Shown one piece after another: positions 9,474 through 18,772 of a stretch of 64,000 bases of DNA; the stretch's first letter is position 1, and each line of letters begins with the position of its first letter. The stretch comes from Trueperaceae bacterium (GTDB taxonomy: Bacteria; Deinococcota; Deinococci; Deinococcales; Trueperaceae), in the NCBI GenBank assembly GCA_965213705.1, contig OZ243913.1:992001-1056000 (forward strand), written 5' to 3'. Below the pieces are notes generated by a model. It was not told where the DNA came from. It saw only the letters and a list, made by a program, of their open reading frames with translations, and did not search any database. A program made the translations under genes and the position numbers.

Positions 9474-9526
9474 GTCGAACAAATTCTACCGCGCCGCGAA
9501 AGCGTAAACCGCCTCGGGTCGTGGCC

Positions 9527-11416
9527 TCAGCGGTCGGTCAGTTGTTCGGGCCAGCCGCTGAAAACGCCGCCCGAGGGGACGATAACGGCGCTGTAGCTCA
9601 CGCGCATCGGGTAGTAGTCGCTGAAGCTCAGTGAGGGGCTGCTTTCTGAAAGGTAACCGCTCGAGACCGGGTTGCCGTAACTGTCGCGCAGGACCAGCAG
9701 GATGCTCGCAAGCCCCTTGCTCCAGTCGATTTTTCGGTAGTTCGAGAGCGTTTTCAGCGGTTGCTCCGCCTCGAAGGTGCCGCGCCCTTCGAAGGTGAGG
9801 TCGGCCGAATCGCTGCACGCGGGCGCGACCGTGATGTCGTCGGCAGGCACCAAGCAAACCTGGTACTGCACGACCGCGTCGCTCGGTTTGCTAAAGACTT
9901 CCAAACGCTGGTACAGCGTACCCTCGGCGTAGTCGAGCGGGTCGTAAAAGTCGAAAGTGAGGGTCGGCTGCTCGAAAAAGGAGAAGGCGGCTTCCTGGTT
10001 GCCGGCCTCGCCGTAGTGCGTGAAAGTGACGCCGAGCAGGGTCAGGAGGGCACCGTCCGGCTCGGTGTTCCCGTTCTGTTCGGCGTTTTTCGTCGGGTCC
10101 GCCGCAGGGCTCGTCCCGGACAGGACGTCGGCGGCTTGGGCGGTGTCCGGGGTCGCCCCCGTCGGTGAGGTATTTGGCGCGGTTACTTCGGCTCCCTGAC
10201 TTAGCGGGCTCGAGACGCTCGGGCTCTCCACTTGAGCGTTCGTCTCGACGGGCTCTGCACTTGCCTCGGGTTCGTCCTGCGCCGCGCCCTGAACCTGGGC
10301 TGGTTGGTCTCGGGTCATTTGCGCGAGGGTGTTCGCCTGTTGCCGGTAACTCGCCTCGGCAGGCACCAGGTCCGCGGCCCGTTCGAACGCTTGCAGGGCG
10401 GCCTCAGGGTTGCCCAACGCGCGCTCGGCCCGGCCCAACTGCGCCCAGGCGTCTGCAAAGCGGCCGTTGGCAAGCGTCGCGGCGGTGAACGCGTCTTTGG
10501 CCGCGGCAAATCGGTTTTGCTCGAGCAGCCGCACGCCGTCTTGGTAGTGGGTGACCGCCTGCACGCCGAAGCGCACCTGGATTTGGGCCAGCGCAAGCTC
10601 GTCCCGAACCTGCGCGTCGTCCGGAGCGAGCGCAAGGGCGCGCTGCAGGTAGGTCACGGCGGCGTCCGGGCGGGCAAGCGTCAGGCTGAGCGTTCCGGCC
10701 CGCTGCACGGCGTCCAGGTAGTCGGGGTTCAAGCGGGCGGCTTGCGCAAAGGCGTCGAGCGCTTTTTCCGGCTCGCCCTGGTTGTAAGCGGTGAGCCCCC
10801 GGTAAAAAGCGTTGCCGGCCTCGACGCCGTACGCTATCTGGTCGCGGGTGCGCTGCAAGTAAACGGCGTACAGCGGGTTGTCCGGCTGGCGCTCGCTTGT
10901 TCGTTGCCAGTAGGGCAGCGCCGCTCGCGGCTTGCCCAACTCGAAGTTGATAAGCGCGAGCCAGGCGAGGGTCGAGTCGTCGTCGGCGAGTTCGGCAGCC
11001 TTTTGGTAGTCGGCCAGCGCCGCCGTCAGGTCCCCTTGCGTGTAGCGGCTGTACCCGAGTGCCGCGCTCATCTGTGCGTACTTGCTACGCGCGTCGTCGT
11101 CTAAGTCACCGCCCAAGCGTTCGTAGGTTTCCCAAGCGTCGTAGGCGCGTTTGAACCAGCCCAAACTCGTGTAGACCTGGGCCAAAAAGCGCTGCGGCTC
11201 GGGCTCGCCCGGCGCCAAGCGCTCGGCCTCCTCGCCGTGGGCGAGCGCCGCCGCCCAGAACGGCTGGTCGGGGTTGGGCGTTTGGTACGTGTTCAGCGCC
11301 TGCGCCGCCGCCGTTTTGCCTTGGCGCAGGGCTTCTTGGGCTTCGGGGGACGGCTGGGCGTGCGCTAAGAACACGAACGAGAACAGCAAACAAGCGGTTC
11401 GTAAGGTGAGTTTCAC
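9527..11416 (-). CDS. secreted tetratricopeptide repeat protein
   Basis: Signal peptide, multiple TPR-like helices, Pro/Ala/Thr linker, unrecognised C-terminal domain. Confidence 0.8.
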   Translation of the reverse strand: MKLTLRTACLLFSFVFLAHAQPSPEAQEALRQGKTAAAQALNTYQTPNPDQPFWAAALAHGEEAERLAPGEPEPQRFLAQVYTSLGWFKRAYDAWETYERLGGDLDDDARSKYAQMSAALGYSRYTQGDLTAALADYQKAAELADDDSTLAWLALINFELGKPRAALPYWQRTSERQPDNPLYAVYLQRTRDQIAYGVEAGNAFYRGLTAYNQGEPEKALDAFAQAARLNPDYLDAVQRAGTLSLTLARPDAAVTYLQRALALAPDDAQVRDELALAQIQVRFGVQAVTHYQDGVRLLEQNRFAAAKDAFTAATLANGRFADAWAQLGRAERALGNPEAALQAFERAADLVPAEASYRQQANTLAQMTRDQPAQVQGAAQDEPEASAEPVETNAQVESPSVSSPLSQGAEVTAPNTSPTGATPDTAQAADVLSGTSPAADPTKNAEQNGNTEPDGALLTLLGVTFTHYGEAGNQEAAFSFFEQPTLTFDFYDPLDYAEGTLYQRLEVFSKPSDAVVQYQVCLVPADDITVAPACSDSADLTFEGRGTFEAEQPLKTLSNYRKIDWSKGLASILLVLRDSYGNPVSSGYLSESSPSLSFSDYYPMRVSYSAVIVPSGGVFSGWPEQLTDR

Positions 11417-11451
11417 GTTTCAGCCTCCCAACTGAAAAACGCGGACGTGGT

Positions 11452-12375
11452 TTACCGGGTAGTTGCGCCAACCTCGCTGCAGGCGACGATGGTGTCCATT
11501 TGGCCGCTCGAGAGGTGAAGGTTCAGGTAGTGGTCGCCGTCCACAATCACGTCGTAGGGCGCGGTCATGGTGGTGACGCTGAGGCCGGAACCGCCCGGAA
11601 CGTTGCTCAAGGGAACGACGATGTCGCCGCCGCTACCGCAGTCGCCCGCGTGAAAGTGCGCCGGATGGTCACCGCCCGCTTCGGTGCCCGTAACGAGAAT
11701 CGTCGCTACGGCGTTGTCGAAACCGTAGTCGGCGACGAGCACCGAACCGCTCACGCCGCTGCCGTCGACCGCTTGAACAAGAAAACGGGCGTGGCGCAAC
11801 GCCGCCGTTTGGTACACCTGCGCCACGTCGGAAACCAAGCTCACCGCCGCGCCGACGCGGGGCGCGGCGGCCGGAGCTGCGGCCAGGACGACGCCGGGGG
11901 GCTCTAAAACGCTGTCGATAACGTGGATGACCCCGTTGGACGCCTGCACGTTTTCGCTTGCCCCCACGTCGAACTTGACGACCTTGGACTCGTTGACGAG
12001 GAGGTTGCCCGCCTCGACGCGGACGCTCAAACTACTGCCTTCCAAGGTCGGCGCGCTGGTCGCTTGCACCGCGTCCCGCGCCATGACGAGGGTGGGCACC
12101 ACGTGGTAAGCCAGAATGCGCTGCAACGCCGCCGGGTCGCTCAACAGCTGCTGCAACTCCGCCTGGGGCAGTTGCAAAAAAGCGGCGTTGGTCGGGGCGA
12201 ACAGGGTAAAAGGCCCCTCGCCCTGCAAGGTCTCGGTCAGTCCGGCGGCGTCGAGCGCGGCCACGAGGGTGCTCAAGCCGGGGTCGTTTTCGGCGACCTC
12301 GAGAATCGTTCGGGCCGAAGCCAGCGGCGCGCCGAAAAGCAGCGCGTAAAAAGCGAAACGGACGAGGTGACGCAT
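11452..12375 (-). CDS. secreted fasciclin (FAS1) domain protein with C-terminal CHRD/Cu-Zn-SOD-like domain
   Basis: GPFTLFAPTNAAF, ILAYHVV, ASNGVIHVIDSVL; HPAHFHAGDCG...YLNLH; GGAGG RBS. Confidence 0.85.
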   Translation of the reverse strand: MRHLVRFAFYALLFGAPLASARTILEVAENDPGLSTLVAALDAAGLTETLQGEGPFTLFAPTNAAFLQLPQAELQQLLSDPAALQRILAYHVVPTLVMARDAVQATSAPTLEGSSLSVRVEAGNLLVNESKVVKFDVGASENVQASNGVIHVIDSVLEPPGVVLAAAPAAAPRVGAAVSLVSDVAQVYQTAALRHARFLVQAVDGSGVSGSVLVADYGFDNAVATILVTGTEAGGDHPAHFHAGDCGSGGDIVVPLSNVPGGSGLSVTTMTAPYDVIVDGDHYLNLHLSSGQMDTIVACSEVGATTR

Positions 12376-12409
12376 GTTTGACCTCCCTGGTAAAACGCGT
12401 ACGGTGAAC

Positions 12410-12490
12410 TGGACGTTGTTGGTGGACGTTGTTGGTGGATGCTGTCTGAGTGGTAGACGTTATCTGAGGGGTGGACGTCAGCTGAGAGGG
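12410..12490. repeat. degenerate tandem repeat with 13-19 bp units (GGTGGACGTTGT core)
   Basis: ggtggacgttgtt / ggtggatgctgtctgagt / ggtagacgttatctgagg / ggtggacgtcagctgag. Confidence 0.7.
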
Positions 12491-12759
12491 GCGTTGTCGA
12501 GCGGCGAACGCCCCAAACTAACAGCCGTTCCGGCCGACCCGTGTGCAAGAATCACACCCGGGCGGCGCACGGCGGCTCGCGAACAAGCCCAAAGACGTTT
12601 TTTCATGTTTGTGCTGCGAGCATTCGACCAGCTCCCCCGGCTGTCGGCTTGCGGTTCTTGTAGGTTTATTTTGACAACTTTTCCGCTCAAAAATAGAGCG
12701 GGCCTTCACAAAAGGCTTACACCGTTCGCCCCAAAACTGGATGTGGAACGAACATCTTT

Positions 12760-13383
12760 TCAGCGCGACAGGTAATAGTGCCAGAAAAGCCGCGCCGCGA
12801 CCGCCCGGTAGGGTCGCCATGCTACGGCGACGGCGCTCAGTTCTTCGGCACGAGGCCGGTTTGCCAAACCCTTGACCTCTTTGACGGCGACGGCGAGTGC
12901 CAGGTCGCCCTGCGGCCACACGTCCGGGCGGCCCAGCGCCATCAGCAAGTAGATGTCGGCGGTCCAGTTGCCGATGCCTACCAGCTTGGTGAGGTCGCGC
13001 CGCACCGCGTCGTCACTCAAGGTCTCGAGCCCCGCCAAGTCCAGGGTTCTTGTGCTTACAGCCTCCGCGAGGACTCGGCCGTAGCGCGTTTTTTGGCGGC
13101 TGAAACCGACCCGTTTCAAGCTGGCGTCGTCCAACGCCAAAAAGGTTTCGGGCGTGAGCGGTTGGGCAACCTCGCACAGCCGCTCGAACGCCGCCCGCGC
13201 CGAGACGAGTGAAACTTGCTGTTCCAAGATAATGTGCAGCAGCGTGCCGAAGCCGGGTTCGCGCCGCCACAGGGGCGGGTAGCCGTGGGTTGCCAGGATG
13301 GCGGCGAGGTCGGCGTCTTGCTCGGCGAGGCGGTCAACAAGCGACCTGAGGTCTCGCTCGTCGTTGAGGGTCGCAGTCGTCAC
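12760..13383 (-). CDS. DNA-3-methyladenine glycosylase II (AlkA/HhH-GPD family)
   Basis: ILEQQVS, GIGNWTADIYL, DVWPQGDL, WRPYR. Confidence 0.9.
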   Translation of the reverse strand: MTTATLNDERDLRSLVDRLAEQDADLAAILATHGYPPLWRREPGFGTLLHIILEQQVSLVSARAAFERLCEVAQPLTPETFLALDDASLKRVGFSRQKTRYGRVLAEAVSTRTLDLAGLETLSDDAVRRDLTKLVGIGNWTADIYLLMALGRPDVWPQGDLALAVAVKEVKGLANRPRAEELSAVAVAWRPYRAVAARLFWHYYLSR

Positions 13384-13446
13384 GCGCTTACCACAGTACT
13401 ACGGCCATCCCTTAGGCTGCGTCGGCGCAGGACGAGGGCGTCGAGT

Positions 13447-13545
13447 TTAAAACTCGCCTTGCCGGTCGTCTTCCGCTTGTAGAGCGTAGAGTAGCTTTTC
13501 AACGGACACCGACTCCACCTCTGCTTCCGGCCTGTGCTGAACCAC
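13447..13545 (-). CDS. possible 32-aa small protein
   Basis: AGGA RBS plus GTG; MVQHRPEAEVESVSVEKLLYALQAEDDRQGEF. Confidence 0.25.
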   Translation of the reverse strand: MVQHRPEAEVESVSVEKLLYALQAEDDRQGEF

Positions 13546-13715
13546 TTTTCCTAACCGCCCGCGTTAAAAAAGACGTTACAAAGGGTCGCCGCAAACAAAG
13601 CCGGTTCGTACACGTCACCCGCTCGTCTGGACTCACCCCGCGGGTTTAGCAGGTCGCACGAGCGGCGCCGAGTCGGGTTCCCGGTTCAAGCGTTCGGACC
13701 TCTCAACTTTTGCGC

Positions 13716-14804
13716 TCACAGCTTGAACACGCCATTTTCCTGAAACAGCTCGCCGTCCAAATAAATAGCCCCGCCGCGCCGCAGGTCGCAAATCATGTCC
13801 CAGTGAATTGCCGAGGTGTTGGTGCCGCCCGACTCTTTGTAAGACTGCCCGAGAGCTAAGTGAACGGTGCCGCCGATTTTTTCGTCGTACAGGATTTGCT
13901 TCGTTGGGGTTTGAATGTTCGTGTTCGTGCCGATGCCGAGTTCGCCCAAAAAGCGTGCGCCTTCGTCGGTGTTGATTTGGGCTTGCAAAAGGTCATCGCC
14001 CTTGTCGGCCCTCGCCTCGACCACCCGGCCGTCTCTAAACGTCAGGCGAATATTCTCGACCTCCACGCCGCCGACCGCGCTGGGGATGCCGAACAGAACC
14101 GTGCCGTCGGCGCTTGTCTCGAGCGGCCCCGTGAACACCTCACCCGAAGGCATGTTGCGGTGCCCGTCGCTGTTGAGCCAGGTGCGCCCCGCGACGTTCA
14201 AGGTGAGGTCGGTGCCCTCGGCGGTAATGCGCACCACTTCGGCGCGTTGCAAGCGTTCGATAAGTCGCGCCTGAAAGTCGTGGATTTTGCGCCACTCGGC
14301 GACCGGGTCGGTATCAAACAAAAACATCGACCCGTAAACGAATTGCTCGTAGTCACTCAAGCTCATCCCGGCGTCTTGGGCCAGCGCGGCGGTAGGGAAG
14401 AGGCTGCCGACCCAACGGGTGTGCTCGACGCGGGTGTTCTGGACGGGCCGGTTTTTCTTGAGCAGCGCGGCGTACTTCGTCTTGTCGGCGGTTTGCAGCG
14501 CCTTCGTGTTCTGCGGCGCGCGTACGCGGATAAAGGCGTGCATCTGCTTCATCTCGCCCAGGTCTACGCTCGGCTCGGCCTCGAAGTAAGCGTCCGGCGC
14601 CAACTCCAGTGTGTCCTCGGTCAGTTCGGGGTAGCTGAGGCGCAAGAAAGGGTAGCCGCCAACCTGCAAAACCTTGCGGTACAGGGCTCGAGCCAATTCC
14701 TGAGCGGGCGTGTCGAGCGCCAGCAGGACGTTTTCGCCGGGCTGTAAGGAAACGCAGTAGTCGACGAGCAGGTCGGCCCATTTCTCGAGCAGCGGATGAA
14801 TCAT
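13716..14804 (-). CDS. M29 family aminopeptidase (AmpT/PepS-like)
   Basis: NMPSGEVFTGP, LGELGIG, DEKIGGTVHLALG, SAIHWD. Confidence 0.93.
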   Translation of the reverse strand: MIHPLLEKWADLLVDYCVSLQPGENVLLALDTPAQELARALYRKVLQVGGYPFLRLSYPELTEDTLELAPDAYFEAEPSVDLGEMKQMHAFIRVRAPQNTKALQTADKTKYAALLKKNRPVQNTRVEHTRWVGSLFPTAALAQDAGMSLSDYEQFVYGSMFLFDTDPVAEWRKIHDFQARLIERLQRAEVVRITAEGTDLTLNVAGRTWLNSDGHRNMPSGEVFTGPLETSADGTVLFGIPSAVGGVEVENIRLTFRDGRVVEARADKGDDLLQAQINTDEGARFLGELGIGTNTNIQTPTKQILYDEKIGGTVHLALGQSYKESGGTNTSAIHWDMICDLRRGGAIYLDGELFQENGVFKL

Positions 14805-14926
14805 GCCGAAAAGCCTAACACGCGCGGCGTTCGGCCCGGTTCGGCCGAACGAAACTGCCCGGCGGCTCGAGCGAACCCGAGCACGTCAGAAGGGTTGAAG
14901 GCCGCCCCGCGCCGGATTTCCCTGAG

Positions 14927-14958
14927 ACGCGCGTCTAACACCACGCGCGTCTAACACC
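14927..14958. repeat. perfect 16-bp tandem duplication
   Basis: ACGCGCGTCTAACACC twice. Confidence 0.85.
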
Positions 14959-15179
14959 AAAAGCGACTTACCGACCTCATGACGTCAACAAACCTGCACG
15001 GAGCGTACTGTCTTAGACATCAGACTGCGACGTGACAAGTTCGTCGAGGTTATGTCTTTTGCGCTCCGGAGTCGGTGGGGGTAGCATTAGCTTGTCCTTG
15101 TGTGGTATCTTCTGCTTTGTACCGGCCGCGCGCGCGTAAGTGGTGTCTGCCGGTGACCCTTTGTCGGGTTTTGTGAAAG

Positions 15180-15257
<78 letters not shown>

Positions 15258-15278
15258 AGAAAGCGTGTAGCACAAGGA

Positions 15279-15307
15279 AACTCCCGGTGATGGTGGCCGG
15301 GGGTTCC
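15279..15307. terminator. hairpin between the tRNA and the convergent mazF
   Basis: AACTCCCGG-tgatggtgg-CCGGGGGTT. Confidence 0.5.
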
Positions 15308-15316
15308 GCTGCGTTT

Positions 15317-15706
15317 TTAAGCTGCGACGAGCACGGCCAACGACTGAGCGATGCGCTGAAGTGCTTGCGGCTCGAGCACGCCCGTCCTACTTATGAACCG
15401 CTCGACAGAAACCGAGCGTGTCTGCAAAGCATCGGCGGCACTGCTTTTGGAAAGCCCGTTCTTGGCTGTTGGGTCGACCCTGACGAGCCACAGCTTGCCG
15501 CTGTAGCGCTCGGACCAGCCGGTAAAAGGCACGATGAGTTTGATAGGCAGCACGCCCAAGGTGTCGGCGCTGACGACGACCACCGGGCGGGTCTTTTGCA
15601 GTTCCGCTCCAAGTGTGGGGTTCAGGCTGACCAGCCAGATTTCGCCGCGTTTGGGGCGCATGGTCTCCGCCCGCTTGGAGCGCATGGCGTCCGCCTGCTT
15701 AGGCAT
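15317..15706 (-). CDS. mazF: PemK/MazF family toxin
   Basis: KRGEIWLVSLNPTLGAELQKTRPVVVVS...NGLSKSS...QTRSVS; ATG overlaps the antitoxin stop; alternative starts at 15685 and 15661. Confidence 0.92.
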   Translation of the reverse strand: MPKQADAMRSKRAETMRPKRGEIWLVSLNPTLGAELQKTRPVVVVSADTLGVLPIKLIVPFTGWSERYSGKLWLVRVDPTAKNGLSKSSAADALQTRSVSVERFISRTGVLEPQALQRIAQSLAVLVAA

Positions 15707-16046
15707 AGTCGACAACGTCGTCATCCACAAACTCTTCGGTGAAACTCACCAGCTCACCGCCCGGTTGGTAGAGGTCGGCCAGCTCCGCCGCATGGCGTTT
15801 CAACAGTTCGTCACGCTCACTCTTGGGAAGCTCGAGCGGGTCGACTTGTTCCTTGGGCTGCAAGGTCAGCTCGAGCCCAAGCTCGTCGAGCAGTTCTTGC
15901 CACTTGTCGGGTACGCCGCCGCGCTTGCCGGTCAGCATCAGTGAGATGTACTGACGCTCGACACCCAAACGCTCAGCCATTTCGCTCTGCGTCAGGCCGC
16001 GCTTTCGAATAGCCTCTTTGACTCGTGTTCTTACAGTTCTGTTCAT
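15699..16046 (-). CDS. Xre/Cro-like HTH protein with acidic C-terminal antitoxin-like region
   Basis: RGLTQSEMAERLGVERQYISLMLTG; coupled to mazF; leaderless. Confidence 0.8.
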   Translation of the reverse strand: MNRTVRTRVKEAIRKRGLTQSEMAERLGVERQYISLMLTGKRGGVPDKWQELLDELGLELTLQPKEQVDPLELPKSERDELLKRHAAELADLYQPGGELVSFTEEFVDDDVVDYA

Positions 16047-16053
16047 GCCTTGC

Positions 16054-16121
16054 AGTGTATATCACTTTACTTGCGTTTGTCAACTTAAGCGCTTGACACG
16101 TTTATCACTATGATGTACAAC
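16054..16121. promoter_or_regulatory. back-to-back sigma70 promoters with repeated TATCACT motifs
   Basis: Minus strand TTGACA-N18-TACACT; plus strand TTGACA-N17-TACAAC; TGTCAA-N9-TTGACA dyad. Confidence 0.7.
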
Positions 16122-16204
16122 TAAGTATCAAAAAAGGCGACTAATCCCGGAAAGAAGAACCGCCTCTTCTGAAAACTTAACCCCTGAAGGAAAGGTTCAA
16201 AGTG

Positions 16205-16250
<46 letters not shown>

Positions 16251-16326
16251 AAAAACCACAAGGAGATGTGCGCGTGGTGGAGCACTGCTCCACCCAAAAC
16301 GGCGGACGAGCCGGAGCGGGGGTGCG

Positions 16327-17334
16327 TCAGCGCAGGAAGAAACCTGTCCCGACGGGGTCATCCGGCTCGAGCACAAAGTGGTTGAAACCTGTGATATAGG
16401 CCCGCCCGCTCACTTCAGGCACGACCGCGTCGTAGTCACCGACCTTCGTCTCTTCTAACACCTTACCCGTAAAAACTGTGCCGATGACGCTCTCGTTGAC
16501 CAGCGTTTCGTTCAGGCCCAGCTTTCCCCGCGCGTAGAGCTGCGCGACGCGGCCCGCGGTGCCGGTGCCGGTCGGCGAGCGGTCCACCTCGCGGTCGGCG
16601 AAGACGCAGACATTCGCTTGGTGCGAGCCTTCATGCCGCGGCGCACCGTCAATGATGGTGCCGTAAAGTTGATTGAGTTCGGGGATGAGCGGGTGCTGAA
16701 TCTCAAACTCGGCCGACACCGCCCGTTTGACCTCATCGCCAAGGTCGATAAGGGCGCGGTAGTTTGCGGGTGTGACCTCGAGCCCCGCCTGCTCCCCGTT
16801 CAAATACGCATAAAACGCGCCCCCAAAAGCGATGTCCACCGTGACACGACCAAAAGACGGCGTCGTGACCGGCAAGTCCCGCAAGTACAAAAAAGAGGGC
16901 ACGTTCCTAAACCGCACCGCGCCGACCCGCGTGCCGTCCCACGCGGCGAACGCCTCGATAAACCCGGCCGGCGCGTCGATGCCGACGCGCGTTTCGGGCG
17001 TCGTGGTTTTAACCAACCCTTGCGCTACCGCCACCGTCGCGAGCGCGATAATGCCGTGCCCGCACATGTCGCTGTAACCCTCGTTGTGCATAAAAATCAC
17101 GCCCATGTCGGCCTGGGGCGTAACCGGCTCGGTGAGGTAAGCGCCGTACATGTCCGCGTGGCCGCGCGGCTCGAGCATCAGCGTTCGGCGCACGTCGTCC
17201 ATGTTTTCCTTGACCCAACGGCGTTTCTCAAGAATCGTCGCCCCCGGAATCCGCGGAACCCCCGCCGTGACGATGCGCAGCGGCTCGCCTGCGGTGTGGG
17301 CGTCTATGGTCGTGTAGCTGCGGCTGAAGTTCAT
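16327..17334 (-). CDS. proline racemase family protein, Cys/Thr type (trans-3-hydroxy-L-proline dehydratase-like)
   Basis: DAHTAGEP, EPRGH, MCGHG, and DRSPTGTG (Thr in place of the second Cys). Confidence 0.88.
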   Translation of the reverse strand: MNFSRSYTTIDAHTAGEPLRIVTAGVPRIPGATILEKRRWVKENMDDVRRTLMLEPRGHADMYGAYLTEPVTPQADMGVIFMHNEGYSDMCGHGIIALATVAVAQGLVKTTTPETRVGIDAPAGFIEAFAAWDGTRVGAVRFRNVPSFLYLRDLPVTTPSFGRVTVDIAFGGAFYAYLNGEQAGLEVTPANYRALIDLGDEVKRAVSAEFEIQHPLIPELNQLYGTIIDGAPRHEGSHQANVCVFADREVDRSPTGTGTAGRVAQLYARGKLGLNETLVNESVIGTVFTGKVLEETKVGDYDAVVPEVSGRAYITGFNHFVLEPDDPVGTGFFLR

Positions 17335-17378
17335 ACGCGAGTTTACCGCTCGAGGCTCGTGGGGCGTACGCTGTCTTT

Positions 17379-17900
17379 ATGACAAACCTCCGTTATCCTA
17401 TCGGCCTGTTCGAGCACGACGGCTCCGTGACCGAGCAAGACCTCGAGCGCTGGCTAGGTCAGCTCGAAACGCTGCCCGAGCAGTTGCGCGCCGCCGTCAC
17501 CGGGCTGACCGACGCGCAACTCGAGACGCCCTACCGTCCCGGCGGCTGGATGCTCCGGCAGGTCGTCCACCACGTGCCCGACAGCCACCTCAACAGCTAC
17601 CTCCGCTTCAAGTGGGCGCTGACTGAGGACGAGCCCACTATCAAACCCTACGACGAAGCGCGCTGGGCGGAGCTTGTGGACTACCGAACCGTGCCGGTCG
17701 AGACGAGTTTGGACTTCCTGGCGCTTCTCCACGCGAAGTGGGTCGCGCTGCTCCGCGCCTTGCCCCGTGAGGCGTTGGCGCGGCGCTTTGTACATCCGGT
17801 GTCGGGGCCGACCGAGTTAGCCCGGAGTGTCGGGCTTTACGCCTGGCACGGGCGGCATCACCTGGCGCATATTACGAACACGGTTCAGCGGGAGGGATAA
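17379..17900 (+). CDS. YfiT family bacillithiol transferase (DinB superfamily)
   Basis: LRYPIG, TPYRPGGW..RQVVHHVPDSH, YAWHGRHH. Confidence 0.92.
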   Translation: MTNLRYPIGLFEHDGSVTEQDLERWLGQLETLPEQLRAAVTGLTDAQLETPYRPGGWMLRQVVHHVPDSHLNSYLRFKWALTEDEPTIKPYDEARWAELVDYRTVPVETSLDFLALLHAKWVALLRALPREALARRFVHPVSGPTELARSVGLYAWHGRHHLAHITNTVQREG

Positions 17901-17918
17901 GTATTTTTAAGCCCGGCA

Positions 17919-18317
17919 CTACTCGTACCAGTTGACGACTTTCAACCCCGCCACGCGCCCGAAATGTCCCACGTTCCGGCTCACCACCACAGCGTTCGCA
18001 ACCAAGGCCGTGCCCGCAATCAAGGTGTCGAGCCGTCCGATGGGCGTGCCCTGCTGCTCGAGCTTTACCGTCAACTCCGCCGCCGCTTCAGCAGCTCGGG
18101 TACTCAAAGGTAAGTGGTTGAAAGTGTTTAAAAAATCTTTTACTTGAAGGGTGCGGCGTTCGCCGAAGCCGGCGAGTTTCGCGCCGCGCCACAACTCGAA
18201 CACGGTGACGGTCGAGATAAACACGAGCGGTCTGGGAGTTGCCTTGAGCCGCTCGCCAACCCTACCCTCACCGCGCAAATAGTAGCTGACGGTGTCGGTG
18301 TCCAGGACATAACTCAC
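17919..18317 (-). CDS. vapC: VapC/PIN domain toxin
   Basis: YVLDTD...FELW.G...IG.LDTLIAGTAL...VVSRN..HF. Confidence 0.9.
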   Translation of the reverse strand: MSYVLDTDTVSYYLRGEGRVGERLKATPRPLVFISTVTVFELWRGAKLAGFGERRTLQVKDFLNTFNHLPLSTRAAEAAAELTVKLEQQGTPIGRLDTLIAGTALVANAVVVSRNVGHFGRVAGLKVVNWYE

Positions 18318-18327
18318 GCTCGACGGG

Positions 18328-18558
18328 TCATGCTAAGGATTCGCGCTCCGGGTCGGCAGCCAAAGGGGGAAGCTCCTCGCGGGTGGGAAAGTCGGGCCAG
18401 GCTCCGGCCAAACCCGTCACTGCCTCGGGCCAGGCCGTTGCAAGTTCGCGCTCGAGCAACCGGGTTACAAATGAGGAAAGCGAAGCGTCTTCTCGCTCTG
18501 CCCGAAGTTTGAGTTGCTCCAACAGTGTGTCGGGTAGATAGAGGGAGAGTTGAGGCAT
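18328..18558 (-). CDS. ribbon-helix-helix antitoxin (VapB-like)
   Basis: AAGGAG RBS; MPQLSLYLPD...SLSSFV...LAGAWPDFP; upstream of vapC. Confidence 0.8.
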   Translation of the reverse strand: MPQLSLYLPDTLLEQLKLRAEREDASLSSFVTRLLERELATAWPEAVTGLAGAWPDFPTREELPPLAADPERESLA

Positions 18559-18772
18559 AGATACTCCTTTAGGCAAGTATACCACCTACTTGTACGAGGC
18601 GAGCCCAGCTCATTTCTTTGCTCGAGGCTCAACTGTCCACGTTCGTTTCATAAGACTGACTCATAAATCCTCGAGCCCAGCCACACTGTCTTACAAACTC
18701 GTGTTACGATGAGGGCCAAGTCAAAAAGACGCGCCGGGCCTCGAGTTCGGTGTTATTCAAAGGGAGGTATGT

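Noticed and set aside
12410..12490. Possible CRISPR array
   Set aside because: Units are short, degenerate and lack spacers; no cas genes. No CRISPR array seen anywhere in the window.
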